Source: Myxococcota bacterium (GTDB taxonomy: Bacteria; Myxococcota_A; UBA796; SXON01). From it: a DNA stretch of 64,000 nt. The stretch spans positions 64,001-128,000 of the forward strand of contig JAZKFH010000009.1 in NCBI GenBank assembly GCA_040386535.1, read 5' to 3'. This document shows positions 29,401 through 38,123 of this stretch, piece after piece. The notes under the pieces were generated by a model, which worked only from the letters and a program-made list of their open reading frames with translations, had not been told where the DNA came from and ran no database searches. The stretch's first letter is position 1. Each line of letters begins with the position of its first letter. Made by a program: the position numbers and the translations under genes.

Positions 29401-29919
29401 GGTCCCCGAGATGCCCTTGCGGTCACGGGTGAGCTCGGCAAGCGCGTCCGCCACGCCGAGGTCGGCCACCCAGGCGTGCACCAGGCCGTCCGTGCCCGGG
29501 TAGAGCAGGATGTTGCCGGGCTTCAGGTCCTGGTGGAGCAGGCTGCGCGCGTGGATCGCCGCGAGCGCGTTGAGCACCTCGTCGATCAGGCGGAGCACGT
29601 CGTTGATGGACGGGCGGAGCTTGAGCAGATCCCCCAGGCTGCCGCCGGCGGCGTACCCGAGGGCGACGAAGGGCTCCCCCGTCGCGAGCACGCCGGTGTC
29701 GAACACGGGGATGACGTGCGGGTGGACGATGCGGGCGGAGATCGCCACCTCCCGCGCGAAGCGGGCGCGGAAGCGGCGGTGCAAGGCGAGGTTCGTCTTG
29801 ACGACCTTGACCGCTACCTCGGTCTCCAACAGGCGATCCTCGGCGTGGTACACCACGCCGGTGGCCCCCTCACCGAGCTGCCGGGTCGGCCGGTAGCGTT
29901 CGGGGAGGCTCGGGAGCAC
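26407..29919 (-). CDS. Ser/Thr kinase - AAA (STAND-like) ATPase - TPR protein
   Basis: GEGATG, VAVK, HQDLKPGN, ADLG and GTPGYMAPE; then LVGRERE, Walker A GESGSGKT, Walker B LVLED and a long helical repeat C-terminus. Confidence 0.88.
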   Translation of the reverse strand: MLPSLPERYRPTRQLGEGATGVVYHAEDRLLETEVAVKVVKTNLALHRRFRARFAREVAISARIVHPHVIPVFDTGVLATGEPFVALGYAAGGSLGDLLKLRPSINDVLRLIDEVLNALAAIHARSLLHQDLKPGNILLYPGTDGLVHAWVADLGVADALAELTRDRKGISGTPGYMAPEQLLGRTQDLGPWTDLYAVGLILHETLSGERPHPGEGRQDLLEARMRPPPSLAASVEVPIPAALSDLVASLLDPEPRQRMDRAADVRRALRDAVKGQSFRGRVRSFRGDAATSATTGPMLGPGEYPLSVSSAPDDPHRGAMRWNRVQPDPIPSKPPMETGWEAPARASLPLFALREVPLVGRERERQVLWDAAREVIALGTPRVVLVVGESGSGKTRLVNAVANAFEEGGWLEVTPLQYHSPPGVDDGFRGAVRDLLVPWNDTREGMESRLARWIGRDRQAPPIDMTEEASFLTRWCGYLKDGEPPVNDAVGLAYLYRYLDARAWRGGSCLVLEDAHHALADGDGLSIAEALLDRTVGERPVLVLCTLSTEALARDPALRRKVESLQERGARRIGLRRLNLTETRKVVQESLQLHPELARVVSLECEGDPLTAGLLLREWAARKLLVPGAGGLYILSPDITLAEAMPRDPASLLRRRLQAAIDSATDPAAAGEALAAAALAGQEPPAALIRAVNDAGLDALLATGLVAERRGYLVFEQSRLHEAALEVAGRAPNVKELHRRLADAWQTLGGSTDLDVDLPLGMHRLRSGEPDKALGHLLSAARKMNQGGRARDAIRAGAMAIEAADAVGQPTARLEARRLHAEALLEAGEPERAVPLIEHALREVEGDRLARARLRVLLGRAARKGGDVETAQREFDAAHQTFTALRDRAGLIEVAAQRAKLARMAGLAIQSITHWGEVVRMNRGDLALEAEALNGLVEALIRAGRLEQIDRQVARLQTVSRASGDTRRIAEASATWGMLHLERRNYDEAQRLFTTAGAIAATLGADQLHMRCRALLSQVARQRGDLDTAEELNRWLARFCEEREMSEGAASARVQLALLAFARGELRRMRSAVEAAADGLARSPQHGVWMYIGVLRAVLAAEDGDERTCRAWWAVARERGLGERSALDLRGPLERLAASAERQGWTDIARKARAKVESEAQAEAVVTDES

Positions 29920-30000
29920 GTCAGGCCCGTCGGGCGGGACGGGCTCGCCGCGTGCGTCGGGAGCCCGGCCGAGTGGGTCCGTGGCTCGCCCCCGCCGTCA

Positions 30001-31692
30001 TCAGCGCCTCTTGGGCGACGAGAAGTCGGTCAGGATCGGCTTCTCGAGCTGCTTCGGGTCGATCGGCCCGGACTTGCGCAAGTCGAGCTTGCCGGTGATC
30101 GCGACGGTGTCCCCCGAGTGCTTGAGGATCTCGGACAGGGCGCGGGTCTCGTTGCCGAGCTTGACCTCGACGCCGCCCACCAGGATCGAGACGTGGCCGA
30201 GCATCTGGGTGCCACCGCCGCCGGACGGGCGGGGCATGTACACGCCGACCAGCGTGACACGTTCGCCGTCCCCCGCCGCGAGATCCGAGGCGCGGGCGAT
30301 CTCTTCGATCTCGGCGCCGGCGTCCAGCTCCGCGTCGACCTCCTCGACCTCCTCCTCCTTGGTCTCGATCTCCTTCTCGGTGGCCTCTTCCTCGCGGCCC
30401 TTGGCCTCGGCCTCGGCGGCGGCGGTGTCCTTGCGGGCGGGATCCTCGGAGATCTCGGCTTCGCTCTCCGCCTTGACCTTCTTGACCTGCACGTCCTCGA
30501 GCTTGCGCTCGACGGTGGCCTTGGCCTCGACCTTGGCTTCCTTCTTCGCGTCGGCCTTCTGCTCGGCGGCCTCGGCCTTGGCCGCGGGATCGATCCCCTT
30601 CGGCTTGGGGCCCTTGGCGGCCTTCTCTTCCTTGCCGGGGCCCTCGGCGGCCGGGGCACCCTTGACCGGCGCCGCGCTCGCGGCCTTGCCGCCCTTCTTC
30701 GTGTCGACGTCCGCGCCGGCCTTGCTGGCGGGCCCGGCGACCTTCTTCGCGGACTTCTCCTCGGCGTTGGTCTTCTTGGCCGCGTCCGCCTTCTTCTCGG
30801 CGTCCCCCGCCTGCACGTCCTTCTCGACCGCGAGGCGCTTCTTGCCCGCGGCGGCGCTGATCTTGCCGCCCTCGATCTTGCCGGACACGGGATCCTTGGC
30901 CTTCGCGGCGTCGGCCGTTGACTTCGCAGCCTCCGCCTTGGCTTCCTTGGCCTGGGCCTTCTTGTCCTTGGCGCCCGCCACGACGTTCTTGGCCTGCTCG
31001 ATCTTCGAGTCGACCGGCTTGACGGCCTTGGCGGCCTTCGCGGCCTTGCCTGCGGCCTTCTCTGCCTTCGCGGGTTTGGCGGCCTTGTCACCCTTGCCCG
31101 GCTTGCCCTTCCCCGCCTTGGCGACGGCCTTCTTCTCCTCGGTGGTCTTGCCCTTCTTCGCGTCCCCCGCGCCGCCGACCTTGTCGAGCGCCTTGGCGCC
31201 CTTCTTGCCGGGATCGGCGTTCTTGGACTTCTCCTCGGCCGCCTTCTGGGTGGCGAGCTGGGCCTCCTTCTTCTTGTGGACGGCCTCCTTCTCAAGGGCG
31301 ATCTTGTCAGCGTTGTCCGCCTGCTTCTGCGGGACCTTCGCCTTGGCGTCGGGCGCCTTCTTCTTTCCGCCGCGCGCCGCGTCCGGGCCACCGCCCTTCT
31401 TCTCGGCGAGCGCCTGCGCGTCGCTCTTCGCCTTGGCCGAGACCTCGGCGCGGCTCATGGTCGAGGGGTCCTTGTTCGAGGAGGCGGGCAGCGCCTTCTT
31501 CTCGGTCTTGGCCTCGGCCTCGATGAGATCCTTCACGCCGGAGTTGCCGACGTTGCCCTGCAGATCGGCGGCGGCGCCCTGCTGCACCTTGGCCTTGGCG
31601 TCGGGGAGGGCGGCCTCGGGCGACTTCGCCGCGGTGGCCTTGGGCTTCTTCGCGCGCGCGGCGGCGGCGAGTTCCTGATCCTTGGACGCCAT
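30001..31692 (-). CDS. Lys/Ala-rich low-complexity protein with acidic tract and small C-terminal beta domain
   Basis: 563 aa; GGAGG RBS; extended -10 TG-G-TAGTAT (31722-31714); strong codon bias. Confidence 0.75.
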   Translation of the reverse strand: MASKDQELAAAARAKKPKATAAKSPEAALPDAKAKVQQGAAADLQGNVGNSGVKDLIEAEAKTEKKALPASSNKDPSTMSRAEVSAKAKSDAQALAEKKGGGPDAARGGKKKAPDAKAKVPQKQADNADKIALEKEAVHKKKEAQLATQKAAEEKSKNADPGKKGAKALDKVGGAGDAKKGKTTEEKKAVAKAGKGKPGKGDKAAKPAKAEKAAGKAAKAAKAVKPVDSKIEQAKNVVAGAKDKKAQAKEAKAEAAKSTADAAKAKDPVSGKIEGGKISAAAGKKRLAVEKDVQAGDAEKKADAAKKTNAEEKSAKKVAGPASKAGADVDTKKGGKAASAAPVKGAPAAEGPGKEEKAAKGPKPKGIDPAAKAEAAEQKADAKKEAKVEAKATVERKLEDVQVKKVKAESEAEISEDPARKDTAAAEAEAKGREEEATEKEIETKEEEVEEVDAELDAGAEIEEIARASDLAAGDGERVTLVGVYMPRPSGGGGTQMLGHVSILVGGVEVKLGNETRALSEILKHSGDTVAITGKLDLRKSGPIDPKQLEKPILTDFSSPKRR

Positions 31693-31750
31693 CGACCCTC
31701 CAATACGGGGCGGATACTACCATGCGCAGGGCGAGCGGAGCGGCGGGAGC

Positions 31751-33409
31751 CTACAGGTCGGTCCCGAATACGTTCAGGTACACCCCGTACAAGCCGTCAT
31801 CGTCGAGCGGCTCGATCGCCACGACTTCCGGCGTGATGCCGAAACCACCGAGGCCGCCGAGCGCGTCACCCAGGTCGAACGAGAGCTGGCCGCCGAGCAG
31901 GCCCGCGAGGCCCTCCACCACGCTGCCGAGCTGCTCCTCGACGCCCGCGAGATCGTAGTTCTCGGCGCCGTACTCGAGCACGGCCACGTCGCGCACGTCG
32001 AAGTCGGCGCTGACCTGCGTGCCGTCGAGCGTCAGGTCGATGACGGCGAACACGCTGGCCTGCAGCCACTCCTCGCACTCCCCGTCGATCACCGTCTCGA
32101 TGCCGACCTGCACGTCGGGGAGGTAGGCGCGCGCGAGCGGCGTGCCGGCGCCAGGGACCATGCGGATCACCCGCGCCTCGCCCACGTGCAGCGCGATGCA
32201 GTAGCCGTTCGTCTCGTCCGGCATCTCGTTGCCACCGTCGAGCGCGGCGATCCCGCTGCCGAGGAGCGCGCCGTACTCCCCCTCGAGCATGAGATCGATG
32301 TCGAGGAAACCCGCCAAGGTCTCGTCGAGCAGCACGTTGAACATCCCCTCGTGCACGGCGGCGCCGAGCTCGTAGGAAAGGCCGGACGGGGTGGTCGCGC
32401 CGAGGGTCGCCACCTCGGGCATCGCGTCGGCGGCGTCCTCGCCGTAGCCGACGGTGGCGCCGAGCGACACGCCCTGGCCGCCCGCGTCCACATCGACGAG
32501 CTGGGCGGCGAGCCGCGTGCCGAGGAGATCGAGATCGAAGGCGAAGGGGCCGCCGATGGGGATGTCTCCCACCTGGTCGAGCAGAAGGTCCCCGAGACCC
32601 GCGCCGAGGCTGGAGACGAGGTCCGCCACGGGATCGAGCAAGAGATCGGTGATCCACTCGGGGATCTCCCAGCCCTCGACGGACATCGTGATGTCGCCGA
32701 TGTCCACGATCGCGTCCCCGAGGGAGAGGCCGAGCATGCCGTCCGCGTCGATCCACGGCGTGGCGTGGGCGCCCATGCCGACCTCGCCGAGCGAGACGCC
32801 GAGCTGGAAGGTGAACGCGTCGAGCACCGTCACGTCGGTGAGGATCGTCACGTCGTGGAGCGTGACCGCGAGGCTGATCGAGTCGAAGCCCGGCGCGAGG
32901 TCGGCGGTGGTGCCGGACGAGGTGACGGAGACGGGGGTGAGGTCGACATACTCGGTGTCGATCGGGGGGAGCGCGGAGAGGATCAGATCCTGCCATCCCA
33001 GCGAGTCCACGAGATCGGCCACCATGGGCTCGAGCGCGTCGAGGCCGGTGGGGGTCAGCAGGCCCGCGATGGCGCCGGGGTCGGCCGCGCGGGGGTCGGT
33101 CCCGTCGAAGACAGGCACGATCTGGCGGACGCGCTGGTCGAGTGCGATGGCGGTCACGTCGACAACCACGGCGCGATCGTCGAACGCGAGCACGGTGGAG
33201 AAGGCGCCGAGCTCGTCGGCAGGCACGGCCGTGCCGTTGACCTGGACGTAGGCGCTCGCCGGCGTGACGATGCCCGAGACGGTGATGCCCTCCGCCCCGA
33301 GGAAGGCGCCGTAGGTCGGCGAGGTCAACGTGAGCGAGAGCGGCTCGGGCGCGCCGGGCCCCTTGATGTCGTAGTCGTTGCTGCAGGCGGTCAAGAGGAG
33401 GAGGAGCAT
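31751..33409 (-). CDS. Acidic lipoprotein (Ig-like domain plus possible BPI/LBP-like region)
   Basis: MLLLLLTAC lipobox; LTLTSP...ITVSG...VQVNG Ig-like segment. The fold of the rest is inferred only. Confidence 0.65.
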   Translation of the reverse strand: MLLLLLTACSNDYDIKGPGAPEPLSLTLTSPTYGAFLGAEGITVSGIVTPASAYVQVNGTAVPADELGAFSTVLAFDDRAVVVDVTAIALDQRVRQIVPVFDGTDPRAADPGAIAGLLTPTGLDALEPMVADLVDSLGWQDLILSALPPIDTEYVDLTPVSVTSSGTTADLAPGFDSISLAVTLHDVTILTDVTVLDAFTFQLGVSLGEVGMGAHATPWIDADGMLGLSLGDAIVDIGDITMSVEGWEIPEWITDLLLDPVADLVSSLGAGLGDLLLDQVGDIPIGGPFAFDLDLLGTRLAAQLVDVDAGGQGVSLGATVGYGEDAADAMPEVATLGATTPSGLSYELGAAVHEGMFNVLLDETLAGFLDIDLMLEGEYGALLGSGIAALDGGNEMPDETNGYCIALHVGEARVIRMVPGAGTPLARAYLPDVQVGIETVIDGECEEWLQASVFAVIDLTLDGTQVSADFDVRDVAVLEYGAENYDLAGVEEQLGSVVEGLAGLLGGQLSFDLGDALGGLGGFGITPEVVAIEPLDDDGLYGVYLNVFGTDL

Positions 33410-33497
33410 GCGAAACCCCGAGCGCGGCACAGTATAGCCGCGCCCGGGGTCAAGGGTAGGATCCGGTTGAATCGGGGCTCTTGCGAGGCGGCCGGGG

Positions 33498-34565
33498 CTA
33501 TCGACGCGCGACGGAGGCGATGCCCTCGACGGAGGCCGCGACCAGCCCACGCTCGGTCAGGATGCCCGTGATGAGGTTCGCCGGGGTCACGTCGAACGCG
33601 GGGTTCCGGGCGCCCGAAGACGCGGGGGCGGTGCGGACGCGGATGAAGCGGCCGTCGTCCGACCAGCCCCAGACGTAGAGCACCTCGTCTTCCGAGCGCT
33701 CCTCGATGGGGATGTCGTCGCCCGTGGGCGTGTGCATCGCGATGGTCGTGGTGGGTGCCGCCACGTAGAAGGGCACACCGGCGGCCTTGGCGGCCAGCGC
33801 CGAGGTGTAGGTGCCGATCTTGTTGGCGACGTCGCCGTTGGCGGCGATGCGGTCGCTCCCGACGATGACCATGTCGATGGCGCCGGCCTTGAGGTAGTGG
33901 CCGGTGGCGTTGTCGGCGATGACGGCGTGGCGCACGCCCTCCTGGCCGAGCTCCCAGGCGGTGAGCTGGCTGCCCTGCTGGCGAGGACGGGTCTCGTCGA
34001 CGAACACGAACACGTCGGTGCCGCCGCGGTGCGCCGCGTAGATGGGGGAGAGCGCGCTGCCCCAGTCCACGAACGCGAGCCAGCCCGCGTTGCAGTGGGT
34101 GCTCACGCGGGGGCGGCTCGCGACGATGGGCGCGCCGAGCTCGCCGATGCGGCGGCAGCTCTCCGCGTCGTCGTCGGCGAACGCGTTGGCCGCGGCGACG
34201 GCGGCGTCGCGTGCGCGGTCGACGTTGTCGCCCTCCGCCTCGATCGCGCGGAGCACGTAGTCGATGCCCGCGAACAGGTTCTGCGCGGTGGGGCGCGTGG
34301 CGCGCAGGTGGTTGGCGGCCTCGGCCACGTCCGCGTGGAAGCTCCCGGGCCGCGCGGAGACGGCGGCCTGGGCCAGCCCGAGCGCGCCGGTCGCGCCGAT
34401 GGCGCCCGCGCCCCGCACCGTCATGTCGCGGATGGCGCGCGCGGTGTCCGCGTAGGTCGCCATGTCCACGATCGCGAAGCGGTGGGGGAGGAGGGGCTGA
34501 TCGATCATCTTGACCACGCCGTCCGCCCACCAGACGGTGCGGGTGGGGGTTCCGTCGACGCGCAT
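33498..34565 (-). CDS. mtnA: S-methyl-5-thioribose-1-phosphate isomerase
   Basis: MTVRGAGAIG, TRPTA, THCNAGWLA, DETRP, GSDRIAANGDVANKIGTY and NPAFDVTP. Confidence 0.96.
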   Translation of the reverse strand: MRVDGTPTRTVWWADGVVKMIDQPLLPHRFAIVDMATYADTARAIRDMTVRGAGAIGATGALGLAQAAVSARPGSFHADVAEAANHLRATRPTAQNLFAGIDYVLRAIEAEGDNVDRARDAAVAAANAFADDDAESCRRIGELGAPIVASRPRVSTHCNAGWLAFVDWGSALSPIYAAHRGGTDVFVFVDETRPRQQGSQLTAWELGQEGVRHAVIADNATGHYLKAGAIDMVIVGSDRIAANGDVANKIGTYTSALAAKAAGVPFYVAAPTTTIAMHTPTGDDIPIEERSEDEVLYVWGWSDDGRFIRVRTAPASSGARNPAFDVTPANLITGILTERGLVAASVEGIASVARR

Positions 34566-34640
34566 GCGGGGCTCCGGGAGAGGGCTGCCATCCTAACGCA
34601 GGCGGGACGCCGTTCCGAGGGCCGGCGTTTACAGGAGGGC

Positions 34641-35564
34641 ATGCTCCGCAGCGTCGGTCTGTTCTACGTCGTGGCCCTGGCCTGGAGCGCCACGTGCGCG
34701 CTCGCCCCCCTGATCGGCCCTTCGCTCGCCCCCGACGTGCCCGCCCCCACGTGGCTCGTCGTCGCCGGGGTGCCCTCCATGTTCGGCCCGCTCGTGGCCG
34801 CGGTCGTCGCGTCCCGGCGGGAGGGCGTGCCCTTCTCCGCGTCGATCGGGCTGCGATGGAAGCCGAACCGGTGGTGGGTCGCGTCGTGGCTCGCGCCCAT
34901 CCCCTTCGTCGCGGCGGTGATCGTCGCGAGCGCAGCACTGCCTGGGGTCGACCTCGCCACGCCGCTGGAGGCCGTGCGTGCGCGCTACGGCGGCAGCTTA
35001 CCGCCCGCCGAGCTCGCCCGGGCCGAAGCCGCGCTCGCCACGGTGCCCCCCGTGATGGTCGCCGTCCTCGGCACGCTCGCTGGCTTGATTGCGGGCGCCA
35101 CGGTGAACGCGGTCGCGGCGTTCGGCGAGGAGGCGGGCTGGCGCGGCTACCTGCCCCGCGTGCTCCGCGAGGCGCGCTTCTGGCCCGCCGCGCTCGGCAC
35201 CGGCGCGCTCTGGGGCCTCTGGCACGCGCCCCTGGTCCTCCAGGGCTACAACTTCCCCGAGCACCCGCTGGCCGGCGCCGGGTGGATGGTGGTGGCGTGC
35301 GCGCTGCTGTCGCCGCCGATCCTGTGGCTGCGCGGGAAGGCGCGCTCGGTCGTGGCGGCGGCGCTGCTGCACGGAACGCTCAACGGCGTGGCGGGGATGA
35401 CGGCCCTGTTCCTGGTGGGCGGCACGTCGTTCTCGGCGGGCCCGCTCGGCGTGCCGGCGTGTGGGCTGCTGCTCGCCGCGAACCTGCTCGTCTTCGCGAG
35501 GGTGCCCGCCACGGCGCGCATGGGGGACGTGGTGCTCTCGGAGGCGTCTACAGGAACGGGGTAG
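34641..35564 (+). CDS. CPBP (Abi/CAAX) intramembrane glutamic endopeptidase
   Basis: AGGAGG RBS; GEEAGWRG, WGLWH and HGTLN motifs; multiple TM segments. Confidence 0.9.
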   Translation: MLRSVGLFYVVALAWSATCALAPLIGPSLAPDVPAPTWLVVAGVPSMFGPLVAAVVASRREGVPFSASIGLRWKPNRWWVASWLAPIPFVAAVIVASAALPGVDLATPLEAVRARYGGSLPPAELARAEAALATVPPVMVAVLGTLAGLIAGATVNAVAAFGEEAGWRGYLPRVLREARFWPAALGTGALWGLWHAPLVLQGYNFPEHPLAGAGWMVVACALLSPPILWLRGKARSVVAAALLHGTLNGVAGMTALFLVGGTSFSAGPLGVPACGLLLAANLLVFARVPATARMGDVVLSEASTGTG

Positions 35565-35637
35565 CTGGGGCGCGGCGCCTTCAGCAACAAGATGTTCGCC
35601 TCCCCCGAACGGTCGATAGACTGCCAGGATAGCGGAC

Positions 35638-37290
35638 GTGGAGCTCTCCTTGACCCTCTTCCTCCTCCTAGCGTGCGCTGGCCCCGACAAAGGCGACTCG
35701 ATGCCGTCGGAGACGGACACCGACACCGATACGGACGCGGATACCGACGCGGACACGGACACCGATACCGACACCGATGCGGACACCGACCGCCCGCCGG
35801 CCGACGCGGACGGGGATGGCTGGCCCGTCGGGACGGACTGCGACGACGAGAACGCGGCGGTTCACCCGGAGGCCCAAGAGACCTGGTACGACGGGGTGGA
35901 CGCGGACTGTCTGGGGGACGACGACGACGATCAGGACGGGGACGGCCACTCGGCGATCGCGCGCGGGGGGGACGACTGCGACGACACGATGCGGACGGTG
36001 TACCCGGGCGCGACCGAACAGTGTGATCCGGTGGACCACGACTGTGACGGGGACCCGCTGCCCGCGGGTGTGTGCGCGCAGGTGCAGGATGCCCGGCTCC
36101 TCGGGCGGGACATCTCGCGGTACTCATGGGGTCACATGGGCCTGATCTCCGACCTCACCGGAGACGGCGTGGCGGATCTGGTGAGCCAGAACCAATACTG
36201 GCTACCCGGGACCGTGGTGTGGCGGGCGACCGACCCGGTTCCCGCTCGCGCCGGGGTGTTTCCGGACTCGACGTTCGCGTCCTGGTACGAGGGGAGCGGC
36301 GCGAACACCGGCCCCCTCGACGCGGGGGACGTGAACGGGGACGGGTACAACGACCTGGCGATCGCCTACAATCAGACGCCGTTCGGTATCGCGTTGTTCT
36401 ACGGGCCGATCGCGGATGACGGTCGGGTGCTGGACGCGGAGGCTCCCGACGCGTGGTGGCGGGAGGAATGCCCGGACATCTACAGCTCGTGCCACCACGA
36501 GAACGTGTTCGCGGACTTCGACGGGGACGGGCTGAACGACGCCTTGACGCTGGTGTACGCCAAGAAAGGGGGCGGCACCTACGTGTTCTACGGGGACGGC
36601 GGTTCGGCCTGGTTGGGCGCCGGGTGGTTGGCGGACCTGTACGGGCCCGGCGACCTCGACGGGGACGGCCATCCGGAGGTGATCGGCGACTGGTCGATCC
36701 TCGACGGCGCGGCGCTCGCGGAGGGCAGGGTGGATGTTCGGGCCGAACTCGAGTACGGCGAGGGGATGCAGCCCTACTTCTGGGGGCGCTTGCCGGACCT
36801 CGACGGGGACGGGGTGGAGGAGCTGGTGTACTCCGGGGCCACGCATCGGGACGACACCTGGGAGATGCTGTTCTTTCAACCCGGCGTGGCGGGCATGTTC
36901 GGTTTGGCAGATGCCCTGGGCGGCTATCGCCGGCTCGATGACGAAGTGTACGGCGGGGCCGTGCGCCCCTGCAACGCCTTCGGGGACGGCGGAACCAGCG
37001 TGTTCGGGCTTGATTCGGAAGCGGGCGTAGGCGGCCTGGAGATCTTCCAACTCCCTGGAACGATCCCCCCGCGCGGCACGATCCTGCCGAGCCGCTCGGT
37101 CCGTATCGAAGGGAACGTGGGGTCTGTCAGTCACAGCAACTGCGCCGACGTGACCGGCGACGGTCGGGACGACATCGCGTTCCAGAAATACGAAGATGTG
37201 GACGACGATCCGGGGGACCGCGCGCTGATGCTCGTGCCCGGCTTCGAGTTGGATTGGGAAGACGACACGTTGTGGGACACGGGGATCTGA
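35638..37290 (+). CDS. Lipoprotein with DT repeat, MopE-like metal-binding motifs and FG-GAP-like repeats
   Basis: LLLAC lipobox, (DT/DA)n tract, DCDD...PGA.E..D..D.DCDG motifs and GDVNGDGYNDL / DFDGDG / DLDGDG repeats. Confidence 0.82.
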   Translation: MELSLTLFLLLACAGPDKGDSMPSETDTDTDTDADTDADTDTDTDTDADTDRPPADADGDGWPVGTDCDDENAAVHPEAQETWYDGVDADCLGDDDDDQDGDGHSAIARGGDDCDDTMRTVYPGATEQCDPVDHDCDGDPLPAGVCAQVQDARLLGRDISRYSWGHMGLISDLTGDGVADLVSQNQYWLPGTVVWRATDPVPARAGVFPDSTFASWYEGSGANTGPLDAGDVNGDGYNDLAIAYNQTPFGIALFYGPIADDGRVLDAEAPDAWWREECPDIYSSCHHENVFADFDGDGLNDALTLVYAKKGGGTYVFYGDGGSAWLGAGWLADLYGPGDLDGDGHPEVIGDWSILDGAALAEGRVDVRAELEYGEGMQPYFWGRLPDLDGDGVEELVYSGATHRDDTWEMLFFQPGVAGMFGLADALGGYRRLDDEVYGGAVRPCNAFGDGGTSVFGLDSEAGVGGLEIFQLPGTIPPRGTILPSRSVRIEGNVGSVSHSNCADVTGDGRDDIAFQKYEDVDDDPGDRALMLVPGFELDWEDDTLWDTGI

Positions 37291-37325
37291 CGGGCCGCCG
37301 CGAGGTGGGTCGTGTCGTCCGCCCG

Positions 37326-38114
37326 CTACTCCAGCACGGCCCGCAATACCTGCTTGAGCAGGCGCGCCGCCGCCCGCTCACACGCGGCGCGGGTGGCCTG
37401 CTCCCGCGCGAGTGCCGGCTCGGCCTCCTCGGCCACAGCGGCCACGCGGAAGCCGTCCGTCGTCTCGTCGAGCGTGCGGAAGCGCACGCGGGTGGCCTCG
37501 AAGCGGGCCTCGGCGCGGGTCAGCGCGCCCGCGGGGCCTGTGGTGACCGGGTCGAGCGCGGCGATGGAGAGCGTGGCGTACACGATCACGTCTACATCGG
37601 GGTGCCCGGCGTCCGCCCACTTGAGCCCGAGGTCGGACACGTGCCGGCGGAACAACTCGGCGACCGCGCGCGACTCCTTCTCCTGCTCGGGCGCGACCCC
37701 TTCCCAGATGAGGGTGATGGTGCGCGCGGGCGCGAGGCGGGCCTTGCCGGCCTCGGTCTGCATCCAGGCGCGGAACACGTCGGGGATATCGGTGCCCGGG
37801 TAGTAGGTCGAGCGCTGATCGGCCGCGACCCCGAGCACCGCGATCGCGTAGCGGTTCGGATCGGTGGTGCGCCACGCGGCGGCGGACGCGCGTGCCTGCA
37901 TCAGGGCGAGCTGGTCCTCCAGCATGGCGGAGACGGCCTCCTGGCCCGTGCGGCGGCTCTCCGCGAGGCACGCGCCCCACACGCCGGCGGCGCGTGTGTA
38001 GTCGTGCACGGCCTCGGCCGGGGTCGCCACCTGCTGGCACAACACGACCTGCCGCTCCTCGGGGGAGAGGGTGTCGAGGAGGCCGGCCATCGCGGGGAAC
38101 ACGAGCAGGATCAT
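37326..38114 (-). CDS. Hypothetical exported protein
   Basis: 262 aa; short hydrophobic N-terminus; 9 nt downstream of the phosphoesterase gene. Confidence 0.6.
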   Translation of the reverse strand: MILLVFPAMAGLLDTLSPEERQVVLCQQVATPAEAVHDYTRAAGVWGACLAESRRTGQEAVSAMLEDQLALMQARASAAAWRTTDPNRYAIAVLGVAADQRSTYYPGTDIPDVFRAWMQTEAGKARLAPARTITLIWEGVAPEQEKESRAVAELFRRHVSDLGLKWADAGHPDVDVIVYATLSIAALDPVTTGPAGALTRAEARFEATRVRFRTLDETTDGFRVAAVAEEAEPALAREQATRAACERAAARLLKQVLRAVLE

Positions 38115-38123
38115 CGTCGCGAC

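Noticed and set aside
29925..29950. Minus-strand GGCGAGCCCG-N5-CCCGACGG resembling part of the structured element
   Set aside because: Only a short match in very GC-rich sequence; stems 1 and 2 and the repeat array are missing.
27283..33571. Long plus-strand ORFs 27283..30921, 29981..31678 and 31682..33571
   Set aside because: Shadows of well-supported minus-strand genes in GC-rich DNA.
35710..35790. GACACC/GATACG tandem-like repeats
   Set aside because: They encode the (DT)n linker of a lipoprotein and are not an independent DNA element.
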